This document shows, in pieces, positions 10,845 through 20,804 of a DNA stretch of 37,493 bases. How positions within the stretch are numbered: position 1 is the first letter of the stretch; the number at the start of each line of letters is the position of its first letter. The position numbers and the translations under genes were made by a program. The stretch is from sequence record SRR31156797_1276. One strand, written 5' to 3'. The notes beneath the pieces were generated by a model. That model did no database searches and was not told where the DNA came from. It saw only the letters and a program-made list of their open reading frames with translations.

Positions 10845-11603
10845 TTACAAATGCAAATTAATCGGTTTTTTAGGATGGTAAATTATTTTTTTGCGTTCCT
10901 CTTCTTCAATTTCTCTGGCTTTCGATAAAGAAGTAGCTACTAATCCAGCGGGAACAGTGACAATTCCAACACCAACAAGAAGAACAAAAAATGTGAAAAT
11001 TTTACCTCCAACCGTAATAGGGTACACATCTCCATAACCAACTGTAGTTAAGGTAACAATTGACCACCATAAGCTGTGAAATACAGACGCAAATACCTTT
11101 GGTTGTGCCTCGTTTTCGAAGAAATAAATTCCAGCAGCAGAAAGAAATATTAATATTCCTGTAACGATAAAAAATAGAATTACTTCTTCGCGAACAATGC
11201 GAGCAGCTATGTGAAAACGATGTAAGGCTCTGTTGTATCGAATTAGTTTTAAGGTTCTGAATACTCTGAAAATTCGAAATGCTCTAAGAGCTCTAAAATC
11301 CAGAGTTCCTCTTAGATAGAATGGCAGAATAGCAAGTAAATCGATGATGCCATAAAAGCTAAAAATATACGCAAATGGTTTGTTCGATACATATATTCGA
11401 AGTAAATACTCAATAGAGAATATGACAATACAAAAGATCTCAAAATACTCCAGAAATAAAATGGTATGTGAAGAATTACTTGGTAATGTTTCTACTGAAA
11501 ATGATATCAGTGAAAGCATTATTAAGGTTTGAATAAAATAATCAAAGATTTTTCCTTTTTTACTGGTGTTATCTTCTACAATATTTCTGATGTATTCTCT
11601 CAT
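10845..11603 (-). CDS. Voltage-gated-type potassium channel (Ion_trans family)
   Basis: Selectivity filter TLTTVGYGD, S4-like RALRAFRIFRVFRTLK, about six hydrophobic segments. Confidence 0.92.
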   Translation of the reverse strand: MREYIRNIVEDNTSKKGKIFDYFIQTLIMLSLISFSVETLPSNSSHTILFLEYFEIFCIVIFSIEYLLRIYVSNKPFAYIFSFYGIIDLLAILPFYLRGTLDFRALRAFRIFRVFRTLKLIRYNRALHRFHIAARIVREEVILFFIVTGILIFLSAAGIYFFENEAQPKVFASVFHSLWWSIVTLTTVGYGDVYPITVGGKIFTFFVLLVGVGIVTVPAGLVATSLSKAREIEEEERKKIIYHPKKPINLHL

Positions 11604-11881
11604 TACTGATATATGTTTTAAAAATAATTTAAAGTAGTTCTAATTTATTAAAATTCACATTAATGTTAATAAATACAATTATCGTAAGAAATGAATGCAG
11701 TAATAATATTTAATACCAATTATAAATTGAGTTAATAATTACATATTCAATTAAGAATGTTGCATTTACAAATAAATAAGTGTTGTATTTATTGATAAGG
11801 ATTTATGAATTAGGTCAATACAAGATTATTCAATTATGTTTTTATTTGTCTGATTTAATGAGTTTTGCATATTGATATATT

Positions 11882-11889
11882 TATATTTG
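11882..11889 (+). promoter_or_regulatory. Candidate -7 promoter element (TATATTTG) for the AraC gene
   Basis: TAnnTTTG match about 80 nt upstream of ATG 11969. Confidence 0.4.
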
Positions 11890-11968
11890 TAAGTTGCAAG
11901 AGTGCTTAAGAATAGTTAAAATTGCTGGTTCAAATAAGGGAGAGTTTAACAAGAGGAGTAGGAAGAGT

Positions 11969-13081
11969 ATGGATTATTTGTTTGTGATTTGTTTGGCCAT
12001 ATTGGGATTTTTTATGGTTTCCATCTTGTCGCGTAAGGCAAACCAATTGTCTGATCGAATTTTTACAATTTGGCTTTTTCTTGTTGCCTTGGCTGAGGTA
12101 ACATTCTTCCTGTCTTCACAAAACCTATTTCACGATTTTCATTGGGTTTACGAGTTTGCATGTGCCAGTCATGTGTTGCATGGAACCATGTTTTATTTTT
12201 ACATTTTAAGTCTTGTTGATCCAAACTTTGGCTTTACCAAAAAACATTTGTTACACCTTATTCCTTTTGCTGTGTATATGGGATATAAAACCACTACTAA
12301 ATCATTGGGATTGGTAGATTGTCTTGGGGAAGGCGGCTGTTCACATTCTGATAATTTTTACGCCATTATTTCTGTTTATATGAAATTCTTGATCATTTTG
12401 GCCTATGTTGTTATGGGATATTGGATGATTTTAAAAGTGCAGAAAAACAAATTCTTTGCTAAAGGAAATCCATACAGATTAAAGTGGATCAGTAGTATTG
12501 GAAACGGTGTAATGGTATTGCTTGCCGTGGTTTTCATTATAAAATTACTAGGTGCATTTGATGTTCATTTTGTAATCGATCAGGTAATGGTGATTAATAT
12601 TATTGTATCTGTATTTGTGATATCATTTGTTTACATCTATAGTAAATATGCTTACATATTTGCACATCCAATGAGTGTTAATCTGACTCTTCCTGTTCAA
12701 AAGAATACTACATCAGTTAAGATTTCAGAAGAAGAGAATCCTTACGATGAGCAGTTTCAGCAAATTTGTGATTTCATTGAAACAAAAGAAGTGTATAAAG
12801 ATGGTGATTTAACGTTGCGAAAATTGTCTGAAATGATTGATGTGCCAGAGCATATCATCTCACAGGTAATTAACCGTAGTGCAAATCGATCTTATTCTGA
12901 TTTTGTGAACTCTTATCGTATTAACTATTTCATTCAACTGATAGATCAAAAAGCACACGAAGATAAAACCCTACTTTATCTGGCTTTCGATTGTGGATTC
13001 AATTCCAAATCTTCATTCAATCGTGTTTTCAAGCAATTTCACGAAATTACTCCTACGGAGTATATCAAATCAAAATCCTAA
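11969..13081 (+). CDS. Membrane-anchored AraC-family transcriptional regulator
   Basis: About seven hydrophobic segments, then AraC HTH (LTLRKLSE...ISQVIN...FVNSYRI...LAFDCGFNSKSSFNRVFKQFHEITPTEY). ATG 11969 preferred over TTG 11894. Confidence 0.9.
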   Translation: MDYLFVICLAILGFFMVSILSRKANQLSDRIFTIWLFLVALAEVTFFLSSQNLFHDFHWVYEFACASHVLHGTMFYFYILSLVDPNFGFTKKHLLHLIPFAVYMGYKTTTKSLGLVDCLGEGGCSHSDNFYAIISVYMKFLIILAYVVMGYWMILKVQKNKFFAKGNPYRLKWISSIGNGVMVLLAVVFIIKLLGAFDVHFVIDQVMVINIIVSVFVISFVYIYSKYAYIFAHPMSVNLTLPVQKNTTSVKISEEENPYDEQFQQICDFIETKEVYKDGDLTLRKLSEMIDVPEHIISQVINRSANRSYSDFVNSYRINYFIQLIDQKAHEDKTLLYLAFDCGFNSKSSFNRVFKQFHEITPTEYIKSKS

Positions 13082-13145
13082 ATCTTGTCCAATTTATAGG
13101 AATTCTAGTTTATTGTTTAATTTGCAACTACTGAGTATTTAAATG

Positions 13146-13167
13146 GTGTTATTTCGCGAAATGATAC
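13146..13167. promoter_or_regulatory. Palindromic candidate operator GTGTTA-N10-TGATAC
   Basis: gtgttatttcgcgaaatgatac is a near-perfect 22-bp palindrome; the same half-sites and spacing recur at 14263. Confidence 0.4.
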
Positions 13168-13329
13168 ATATTTAGTAAGACTGAGAATTTAAATACTGAG
13201 GTTATCTCTTAATTATTCTGTTATTTTAAGTTAATAAAGTTTGAAAGTGAATTTTCATTAGTGCGTGATGTAATATTGAAAAGAAGTTTTCTATCTACAT
13301 TAATAATTCTGAAACAAAATCATTAAATT

Positions 13330-13965
13330 ATGAGGATTTTATTTTTACTCCCATTACTAATTATTTCTTTTATAGTAAGTGCTCAACGCCATGAAGTTCC
13401 ACAAGAGTTTTTAGATTACGACTACCTAACTCATAAATATGAACATTTGGATGAGGATTTTAATATTAAAATCACACCCCAAAAATTTCAAGAATTTGTA
13501 GTGAGATACAAATTTTATCCTAAAATGATAAGGACTTGTAGAGATTCTTTAGGTATTGTTTTGATGGGAGAGTTTAATGATTAGACTAAGGCTCGAATCG
13601 CTGAACAAAGAATTTCATTTAGTGATTTGAGAGCCAGTTATTATTTATGGACGACAGAAGATGAAATAAGACGTTTATGTGAAAAATATTCATATAAATA
13701 TATCTATGAGTTATATGTGTATTTTAGTTCAGAAGAAGATATATGGGATGAAGACATGAAAAAGTTTATGTCAGAATTAAGAAAAAAGGTAATTGAACAC
13801 ACAAAAAATGAATCAGTGTCAGAAATGACAAACAAGGAGTTTTTGAGATTTTCTTTATTGCATAGTCCTCAAAGAATAAAAGACTCTGAGGCGAAAAAAG
13901 CCAAATAAGCACAAGGAGACTTTTCCTGCGGCAAAAAAGATTGTTGCCAAAACAAGAAAAAATAA
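13330..13965 (+). pseudogene. Secreted-protein gene interrupted by two in-frame stops (TAG 13582-13584, TAA 13906-13908)
   Basis: ORFs 13330-13584 and 13627-13908 share a frame. Reading through gives signal peptide...GEFND*TKARIAEQRISFSDLRASYY...KKAK*AQGDFSCGKKDCCQNKKK, then TAA TAA TAA (13963-13971) and a terminator. Confidence 0.75.
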
Positions 13966-13988
13966 TAATAAAATAAGTTCTAAACATT

Positions 13989-14022
13989 AAGGTTGCGACA
14001 TAGGTTGCAACCTTTTTTTTTT
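13989..14022 (+). terminator. Intrinsic terminator
   Basis: aaggttgcgac-atag-gttgcaacctt followed by a long T-run. Confidence 0.85.
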
Positions 14023-14262
14023 GCTTTTACAATAGAAATACCAAAATCATGCGATTATATACTCGAAGACATTTAAACAATTTTGCGAGCAGAAAAGATA
14101 ATTGTGTGAGGGAATCATGTTATAAAAGAGAGTTTTTGGAGGAGTATCAAAAGAGAAAAATCCTAGGCGTTGTGTAGAATGATTCAAAACAGTAGGATGT
14201 CATACATATTTTAGAGCGAATCCACATAAAGTTATAAGTAGCAGAAAAAGAGAGCAATAAAG

Positions 14263-14317
14263 GTGTCAGAAGCCAAGATGATACGGTAGCAAAAGTCTCA
14301 TATTCCAAAATGCAGCG
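14263..14317 (+). promoter_or_regulatory. Tandem candidate operator boxes upstream of the 4Fe-4S/susCD operon
   Basis: gtgtcagaagccaagatgatacg (14263-14285) and gtctcatattccaaaatgcagcg (14295-14317): 15/23 identical, 32 nt apart. Confidence 0.4.
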
Positions 14318-14374
14318 TGTAGGATTGCATCTTTTCCCACTTTTCGGTTGAAATCAAAAATCAATCTAAATCTT

Positions 14375-16246
14375 ATGAGTAAAAAACGAGTTAGCCTATT
14401 CAGAAACATTTTGCAGTTTTCTGTTCTTTCTCTGATAATCCTATTCTTTATTGGAAATCAGGTAGGCTTAAGTGTAGTCGATTTTGAGACTTATTGTCCG
14501 ATGGGGGGAATTCAAGCCATTCTTACTTTAATGAAAGATGGTCTTATTGCTTGTAACATGACCGTAACACAAATGGTTCTTGGCGCAATTTTCTTATTCT
14601 GCATATTAGTTCTAGGAAAATTGTTTTGTAGTCACCTATGTCCATTAGGTACAGTTTCAGAAGCTATTGGAAAAGTAGCTGATAAATTTAAAATCAGAAG
14701 AGATATTAATGGTGTTACCGATAAAGTATTAAGAAGTTTAAAATACATTCTTTTATTTTTCACACTTACAATTACTCTTGAAACCGGAGAATTATTCTGC
14801 AAAACATACGATCCATTCTATGGAACTGTAACCATGTTTGGACACAGAGTTAACTATTTGTTTGCAACAATCTCTATTTCTGTATTTGTTCTAGGTTCAA
14901 TTATTTTCAGATTGTTCTGGTGTAAATACTTATGTCCGCTTGGAGCAATTTCTAACATTTTCAAGTATTGGATTGGTGTTGGAGTTGTTGTTGCCGTTTT
15001 GTCGTCAATGTACTTTTTCGAAGTAGGTGTTAATATCAGCATTATTGTTGGAATTATCTGCTTGGTAGGATATGCTTTGGAGATTCTTAAGGTTCAAACA
15101 AAGCAACAGTCAGTTTTAAAAATTATCCGTCACACACATACTTGTATTGATTGTGGTCTGTGTTCAAGAACTTGTCCGCAAGGAATTGATGTTGCAGACC
15201 TTGAAATGGTAAAACATCCTGATTGTAACCTTTGTGGTGATTGTGTTTCTGCATGTCCAAAAGATGGTGCACTTACATTAAACGAAAAGATGAATGTAAA
15301 GTGGTTGCCTTCTGTATTGGTAGTGGTATTGTTCATCTCAGGATTACTAATTGCAAGTCAATATAACTTACCAACTGTTTCTAAAGCTTGGGGAAGCAAG
15401 GAAGAAATGGAGAAATCGAAGGAATTCACCATTGATCATATGAGTCATTTGACTTGCTTTAGTAGTTCTATGGGTTTTGTGCGTCAGATGAAAGAAGTAG
15501 AAGGTATTTTGGCTGTTAATACTTATATCAGTGATCACAAAGCAGAAATTACTTTCGATACGACTAAGATTGATGAGTTAAGCATTAGAAAAATGCTTTA
15601 CACCAGATCCAAACAATTTGTGAAAGCTCCAGCATTAGATCAGGAGTTGACTGTTCATAAACTTCGAGTAGCTAAATATCTAACAGAAGCTGATTTGGAA
15701 ATTATGGCAGAAGCACTACAGGACGAAGGTGTTTATCAGTTAGAAACTCAATTCGATATTGAGATTAGATTGCTTGTATTCTGTGATTCTGATATGAGTG
15801 AGTCAAAAATTGAGACTTTGATTACTACCATTAAGCATCGCAGAAGTTACCCATACGAAGTGAAAGATGTTGTAGAGTCTAATGTGCCAATTAATGGAAT
15901 GGGTTTAATGAAAAGAACCTTTAGGAAGCACAAAGCAACCTTTAACAACTTTAAAACTTATCCAAGAGATCAGTTAAGATCAGTAATGTTGGTATTGGAA
16001 GATTTTCCTAAAAATGAGAACAAGTTTAAGGAGTTGTCAAATCATGTTGCTAAGAAATACAAGGGAGTAGTGGGTATTCAGACCGATTACCAGGCAAAAC
16101 CAACCGTTCGATTCTTCTACGTTCAGAATATGGTCGACCCTCAGGAAATTATCGATTGGATGAGTCAACCGCAAATGACATTGGTCTACACCAATGGAGA
16201 AACAGAACAGGTTGCAAACCCATACAAATTTAAACTTACAAACTAA
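14375..16246 (+). CDS. Polytopic 4Fe-4S binding protein (NapH/YccM-like) with C-terminal HMA-like domains
   Basis: ETYCPMGG, two CxxxCP motifs (FCSHLCP, WCKYLCP), ferredoxin motifs CIDCGLCSRTCP and CNLCGDCVSACP, several TM helices, HMA-like HLTCFSS...AEITFD. ATG 14375 preferred over TTG 14348. Confidence 0.88.
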   Translation: MSKKRVSLFRNILQFSVLSLIILFFIGNQVGLSVVDFETYCPMGGIQAILTLMKDGLIACNMTVTQMVLGAIFLFCILVLGKLFCSHLCPLGTVSEAIGKVADKFKIRRDINGVTDKVLRSLKYILLFFTLTITLETGELFCKTYDPFYGTVTMFGHRVNYLFATISISVFVLGSIIFRLFWCKYLCPLGAISNIFKYWIGVGVVVAVLSSMYFFEVGVNISIIVGIICLVGYALEILKVQTKQQSVLKIIRHTHTCIDCGLCSRTCPQGIDVADLEMVKHPDCNLCGDCVSACPKDGALTLNEKMNVKWLPSVLVVVLFISGLLIASQYNLPTVSKAWGSKEEMEKSKEFTIDHMSHLTCFSSSMGFVRQMKEVEGILAVNTYISDHKAEITFDTTKIDELSIRKMLYTRSKQFVKAPALDQELTVHKLRVAKYLTEADLEIMAEALQDEGVYQLETQFDIEIRLLVFCDSDMSESKIETLITTIKHRRSYPYEVKDVVESNVPINGMGLMKRTFRKHKATFNNFKTYPRDQLRSVMLVLEDFPKNENKFKELSNHVAKKYKGVVGIQTDYQAKPTVRFFYVQNMVDPQEIIDWMSQPQMTLVYTNGETEQVANPYKFKLTN

Positions 16247-16277
16247 CCCAAACTAAAACCATATAAATAACAAGTCT

Positions 16278-19256
16278 ATGATAAGAATTTATTTAATAGC
16301 ACTTCTTGTTTTACTTCAGTTCCAGCTTTTTGCGCAGGGACTGACAGTAACGGGAACGGTAGCCGATGCAAGCGACAAGCTAGGCATACCTGGGGTTACC
16401 GTGCTTGAAAAAGGTACATCGAATGGGGTAACCACCGATTTCGATGGAAAATTCAAATTAAAAGTAAGCAAGGCGAATGCTGAACTGATGTTCTCATTTA
16501 TTGGATACGAAACTCAGTTTATCCCGGTAAAAGGACAGAAAGTGATTAATGTGCAATTAAAATCGGCAGACCAAAAGTTAAACGAAGTGGTAGTGCTTGG
16601 TTATGGAAGCGTAAAATCTCGCGAAGCGGTTGTTGGTTCGGTAGAGCAGGTAAAATCTGATGAACTGTTAAAGCACTCTAACGCACAAAGTGTCGATCAA
16701 ATGCTGGAAGGTCAAATTGCCGGTGTGCAAATTGAATCTGAATCAGGTGATCCAACCAGCCCTGTTAAAGTGCGTATTCGTGGTAACAACTCATTGCCAG
16801 ATATGGGATCTTCCGGATTTACTGCATCAAGCGAGCCTTTGTATATTTTAGATGGAGTACCTTTAATTGATGCTTTGAATCCGAATATCAATACTGGATC
16901 AGGTCAGGCTGCAGAAACAGTTATCAATCCCTTAGCTTTGATTAACCCGGAAGACATTGCTTCTGTTTCTATTTTGAAAGATGCTTCGGCAGCTGCGATT
17001 TACGGAGCCAATGCAGCCAATGGTGTAGTAATTATCACAACCAAAAAAGGAGCAAAGGGAAAAACCAGGATATCGGTTTCTCATAAAATGCTGATGAGTA
17101 ATCCGATAAATAAGGTGAAGTATTTGAATACCGAACAATATACCGAATTGGCATCGGAGTTTTATCGCAACAGTGGATATGCCGAAGAGGATATTTCTGA
17201 ATTGGTTGGACCAACCGATGTGTACACCAATTGGAGAGATTTGACTTTACAGAATTCTGTTTCTCATAGTACGAATTTTAGTATTTCAGGTGGAGCCGAT
17301 AAAACGACCTATCGTTTTTCCTTTGGTTACAAGGATAATGAAACCACAACAAAAGGTAACGATTTCAATACCTTGACATCTCGTGTAAATTTAAATACAG
17401 AGCTTTATCCGGGAATTACCTTGAGTTATAATGGAGGTTTGTCTTCATTTAAAAAAGAATCATACGGTGCGTTTGCAACTTATGCTTTCCTTCCTAATAT
17501 TCCCGTTTACGATGAGAATGGCGAGTACACCAGGTTTGACGGATTGGCTAATCCATTGGCCGAACTGGATCAGAATAGAAATGAGTTGGATAAGTTTTAC
17601 ACGAACAACAGTTTAAATTTAAAAGTTAAAATTAGCAAGAACCTATCAGCCAGTACAACTCTGGGACTCGATTATACCAATACCAAAAAGTTCATATTCT
17701 ATTCAAAAGAGAATGGAAGAGGCGCAAACTATGGAGGGTATATTAAAGAAAAGAGAACCATTAATAAGAACTGGATTGGATTTTCCCAGCTGGAGTACAA
17801 TGGGAAGTACAAAAAGCACTCCTTTGGAGCGATTGCTGGTGTGCAGTTGAAACGTGATAATACCGAAAGTACAACAACTACGGATAAAAATCTGATTACC
17901 GAAAAAATCATTTTACCTGGAGCCAGCGCCGACGAGGATCAAACCGTTTCGGGCTATGAAAATACCTCGGCAATGAGATCTTATTATTCCAGAGCCAATT
18001 ATGACTATGATAAAAAATATTTTCTTTCCTTAAATTATCGTACCGATGCTTCTTCATTCTTTGGTGGCGATCAGCAGGTTGAGCGATTTATGTCTACTGG
18101 TGCTTCCTGGATCATCTCAAAAGAGAATTTCTGGATTGAGAATGACATCATCAATTTTGTAAAATTGAAAGCTTCTTATGGTAAAGTGGGGAATGCGAAA
18201 GTGGGTGCATATTCAGCGAATGGTGTATATTCTTACTCTACCTCTTCAAGTTATAATGGCAAATTAATTGCAACTCCTTACCGTGCGCCCAATGTTGATT
18301 TAGGATGGCAAAGTTCCTACAAATTCAATACGGGTTTAGCCATAAAGTTTTTAAAGAAATTTAACCTGGATTTGGAATATTACAACAACAAGACCAAGGA
18401 TGGTATCATGAATACGAAAGTGATTCCGGAAACTGGTTGGAAGTCTATTCCGGTAAATGCTGTTGATTTAACCAACTATGGGTTCGAGGCAACATTAAAA
18501 GCAGTGAATATCAAATTTGGAGAGCTGAGTTGGACTTCGAATATAAACATAGGCTTCAATAAAAGTCGCCTGGACAAACTGGCCAATAATTTGAATATTG
18601 TTACCACAGGATTAATTGTTGGAGAATCGACCTCTTTGATAATGGGACATAAATATGCTGGTGTTAACACTCAGACAGGTAATCCTCAATGGCGTTTAAA
18701 AGATGGAACCATTACCGACAATTACAAGTTGGTATCCGGAAATCTGGACGAAAAGGTGATCATAGGGAAAAAAGATGCTGATTTTTCAGGCGGTTTTTCA
18801 AACAGCCTCAAATACAAAGGCTTCAATTTGAATTGGATGTTGACTTATGAATCGGGTGCCGATATGTTTATCCCTTATCCTGCAAGGGATATGGAAAAGG
18901 TGAAAACCATGTACATCTTCAATAAAAGTATTAACCTGCTTGACAGATGGCAGCAACCCGGAGATGTGACTGATATTCCAAGATTGGATCAAAACATTTC
19001 CTTTGATGGTTCCAGTTCAAGATTTTTATACGACAAGTCGAATATTGCTCTGAAATCCATCTCTTTAAAGTATAGTGTCCCAAAACACATTTGCAACCTT
19101 GCAAAGTTATCGAACGCTTCTATTGGTGTTAATGTATCGAATGTTTATACCTGGTACAAAGAGGCTACACCTTCAGGAAGAAATGGATTGGCAGAATATC
19201 GTTACCCATTTCCCCAGTCAAGAACTTTTGCTTTTGAATTGAAATTAGGTTTATAA
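16278..19256 (+). CDS. susC: SusC/RagA-family TonB-dependent outer-membrane transporter
   Basis: N-terminal GVTVLEKGTSNGVTTDFDGKF, EVVVLGYG, PLYILDGVP, INPEDIASVSILKDASAAAIYG..AANGVVIITTKKG. Confidence 0.96.
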   Translation: MIRIYLIALLVLLQFQLFAQGLTVTGTVADASDKLGIPGVTVLEKGTSNGVTTDFDGKFKLKVSKANAELMFSFIGYETQFIPVKGQKVINVQLKSADQKLNEVVVLGYGSVKSREAVVGSVEQVKSDELLKHSNAQSVDQMLEGQIAGVQIESESGDPTSPVKVRIRGNNSLPDMGSSGFTASSEPLYILDGVPLIDALNPNINTGSGQAAETVINPLALINPEDIASVSILKDASAAAIYGANAANGVVIITTKKGAKGKTRISVSHKMLMSNPINKVKYLNTEQYTELASEFYRNSGYAEEDISELVGPTDVYTNWRDLTLQNSVSHSTNFSISGGADKTTYRFSFGYKDNETTTKGNDFNTLTSRVNLNTELYPGITLSYNGGLSSFKKESYGAFATYAFLPNIPVYDENGEYTRFDGLANPLAELDQNRNELDKFYTNNSLNLKVKISKNLSASTTLGLDYTNTKKFIFYSKENGRGANYGGYIKEKRTINKNWIGFSQLEYNGKYKKHSFGAIAGVQLKRDNTESTTTTDKNLITEKIILPGASADEDQTVSGYENTSAMRSYYSRANYDYDKKYFLSLNYRTDASSFFGGDQQVERFMSTGASWIISKENFWIENDIINFVKLKASYGKVGNAKVGAYSANGVYSYSTSSSYNGKLIATPYRAPNVDLGWQSSYKFNTGLAIKFLKKFNLDLEYYNNKTKDGIMNTKVIPETGWKSIPVNAVDLTNYGFEATLKAVNIKFGELSWTSNINIGFNKSRLDKLANNLNIVTTGLIVGESTSLIMGHKYAGVNTQTGNPQWRLKDGTITDNYKLVSGNLDEKVIIGKKDADFSGGFSNSLKYKGFNLNWMLTYESGADMFIPYPARDMEKVKTMYIFNKSINLLDRWQQPGDVTDIPRLDQNISFDGSSSRFLYDKSNIALKSISLKYSVPKHICNLAKLSNASIGVNVSNVYTWYKEATPSGRNGLAEYRYPFPQSRTFAFELKLGL

Positions 19257-19292
19257 AAAGGTCATTAAATGAATTTCTATAAGAATTAAGAT

Positions 19293-20726
19293 ATGAATAA
19301 ATTACTATACATAGCATTATTAGCAACTTGCCTGATGTCCTGTTCGGATTTTTTGGATATCGAGGATGAAACAAAAATATCCAACGATGAAATATTTACG
19401 ACACTGGGAGGAGCAAGTGAGGCAATTAACGGTGTTTACTTTGAATTGAGTGCCAATGATTATTACGGAGTAAATATGCTTGTTTTGCCTGAGCTTAAGG
19501 GAGGAAACTTAAAAATAAACGACCTTACTTTTGAAGCACCACAATCATTTTATTATATCCCTTCATTTGAATTTTCACATACTGTGGAAGGTGATGGTGA
19601 CCTTGCGGAAGATACTTATCAAGAACTTTATGAATTCATAAACGGTGTAAATAATGTTGTGAGCTATGTTGATAGAATTGAAGATGCCTCTGAAATTGAA
19701 AAAGCTCAGATTCTTGCTGAAGCAAAGGCGCTTAGAGCATTGGCTCATTTCGATTTAACACGATTTTACGCTCAGCCTTATAGCTATACCGCTAATGCAC
19801 AGCATTTGGGAATTCCTTATTTAAAGGCCAATGTCAGCTTCGATGAAAAAACGCAAAGAGATTTGTTGTTTAACAATTACGAAGATATTATTTCCGATTT
19901 AAAGTATGCCGAAGAAAATTTGGGAACACCAATAGCTTCGGAAGGAGCACTGTATAGCAAGGCTTACATGACGAAATTGGCAGCTCAAGCACTATTGGCT
20001 CGTGTATATCTTTATAAAAACGATTGGGAGAAGGCCAGACAGTATGCAAGTAAAGTTATTGAAGATGGAGGTGTTTCACTGCTTAGCAATTCTGAAGTTC
20101 TTTCTTACTACTCCAATAATACACCTACGAACGAAGATATTTTTGTTTTGGACAAGTCGGGTAGAAGCAATGGAGCTGTCTTATCCTCAACCATTGGATT
20201 AAAGGAGGATAGAACTCGTATTTACCTAACGGTGAGTAATGATATTCAGGACCTTTATGAAGATGGTGATGTTAGAAAGCAATTGTTTGGACAACAACTT
20301 GAACGAACAATCAGCATAAAACACATCGAGTTTCCAGGAAGTAAAGATCATTACGGTAGTGTAATCCGTTTGGCAGAAATGTACCTGATTCGTGCCGAAG
20401 CATCTTTAAATCTTCCTGTTTCGGATGAAGTTCAGGCTCGTGCCGATTTGGATATCATTCGCAAGCGCGCAAATCCAAATGCAGCCAACCTGCAACTGTC
20501 AGGAGCTGCTTTAAAGGAGGAATTATTCCTTGAACGAAGAAGAGAGCTGGCATTCGAAGGTCATTTGTTTTTCGATATTGTAAGAACGGGAAGAGATTTG
20601 CAACGTGTTGATTGCAATGCCCTACAAAATGTAAATATCGATTACCCAAGCAATTTGTTTGTACTGCCTATTCCTGAAGAAGCAATACTGTACAACGATC
20701 AGATGGTGCAAAATCCCGGATACTAA
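19293..20726 (+). CDS. susD: SusD/RagB-family substrate-binding lipoprotein
   Basis: Lipobox LMS-C, AEAKALRALAHFDL, AAQALLARVYLY, IRLAEMYLIRAEA, ERRRELAFEG, C-terminal QNPGY. Confidence 0.96.
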   Translation: MNKLLYIALLATCLMSCSDFLDIEDETKISNDEIFTTLGGASEAINGVYFELSANDYYGVNMLVLPELKGGNLKINDLTFEAPQSFYYIPSFEFSHTVEGDGDLAEDTYQELYEFINGVNNVVSYVDRIEDASEIEKAQILAEAKALRALAHFDLTRFYAQPYSYTANAQHLGIPYLKANVSFDEKTQRDLLFNNYEDIISDLKYAEENLGTPIASEGALYSKAYMTKLAAQALLARVYLYKNDWEKARQYASKVIEDGGVSLLSNSEVLSYYSNNTPTNEDIFVLDKSGRSNGAVLSSTIGLKEDRTRIYLTVSNDIQDLYEDGDVRKQLFGQQLERTISIKHIEFPGSKDHYGSVIRLAEMYLIRAEASLNLPVSDEVQARADLDIIRKRANPNAANLQLSGAALKEELFLERRRELAFEGHLFFDIVRTGRDLQRVDCNALQNVNIDYPSNLFVLPIPEEAILYNDQMVQNPGY

Positions 20727-20747
20727 ATAAGAAAATTAATATTTAAC

Positions 20748-20781
20748 AGAGATATACTCGATTCCCCTTGGGTGTATCTCT
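20748..20781 (+). other. Intra-operon RNA stem-loop after susD
   Basis: agagatatactc...gggtgtatctct 12-bp stem with G-U pairs and no U-tract. Confidence 0.5.
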
Positions 20782-20804
20782 ATAACCAAAAATCTATTAA
20801 CAAG

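Noticed and set aside
13582-13584. TAG recoding (pyrrolysine or alternative genetic code)
   Set aside because: TAG ends clear genes here (thiF, thiH, BLUF, 637-1935, 20805-22340), no pyl genes are visible, and the same frame also has an internal TAA.
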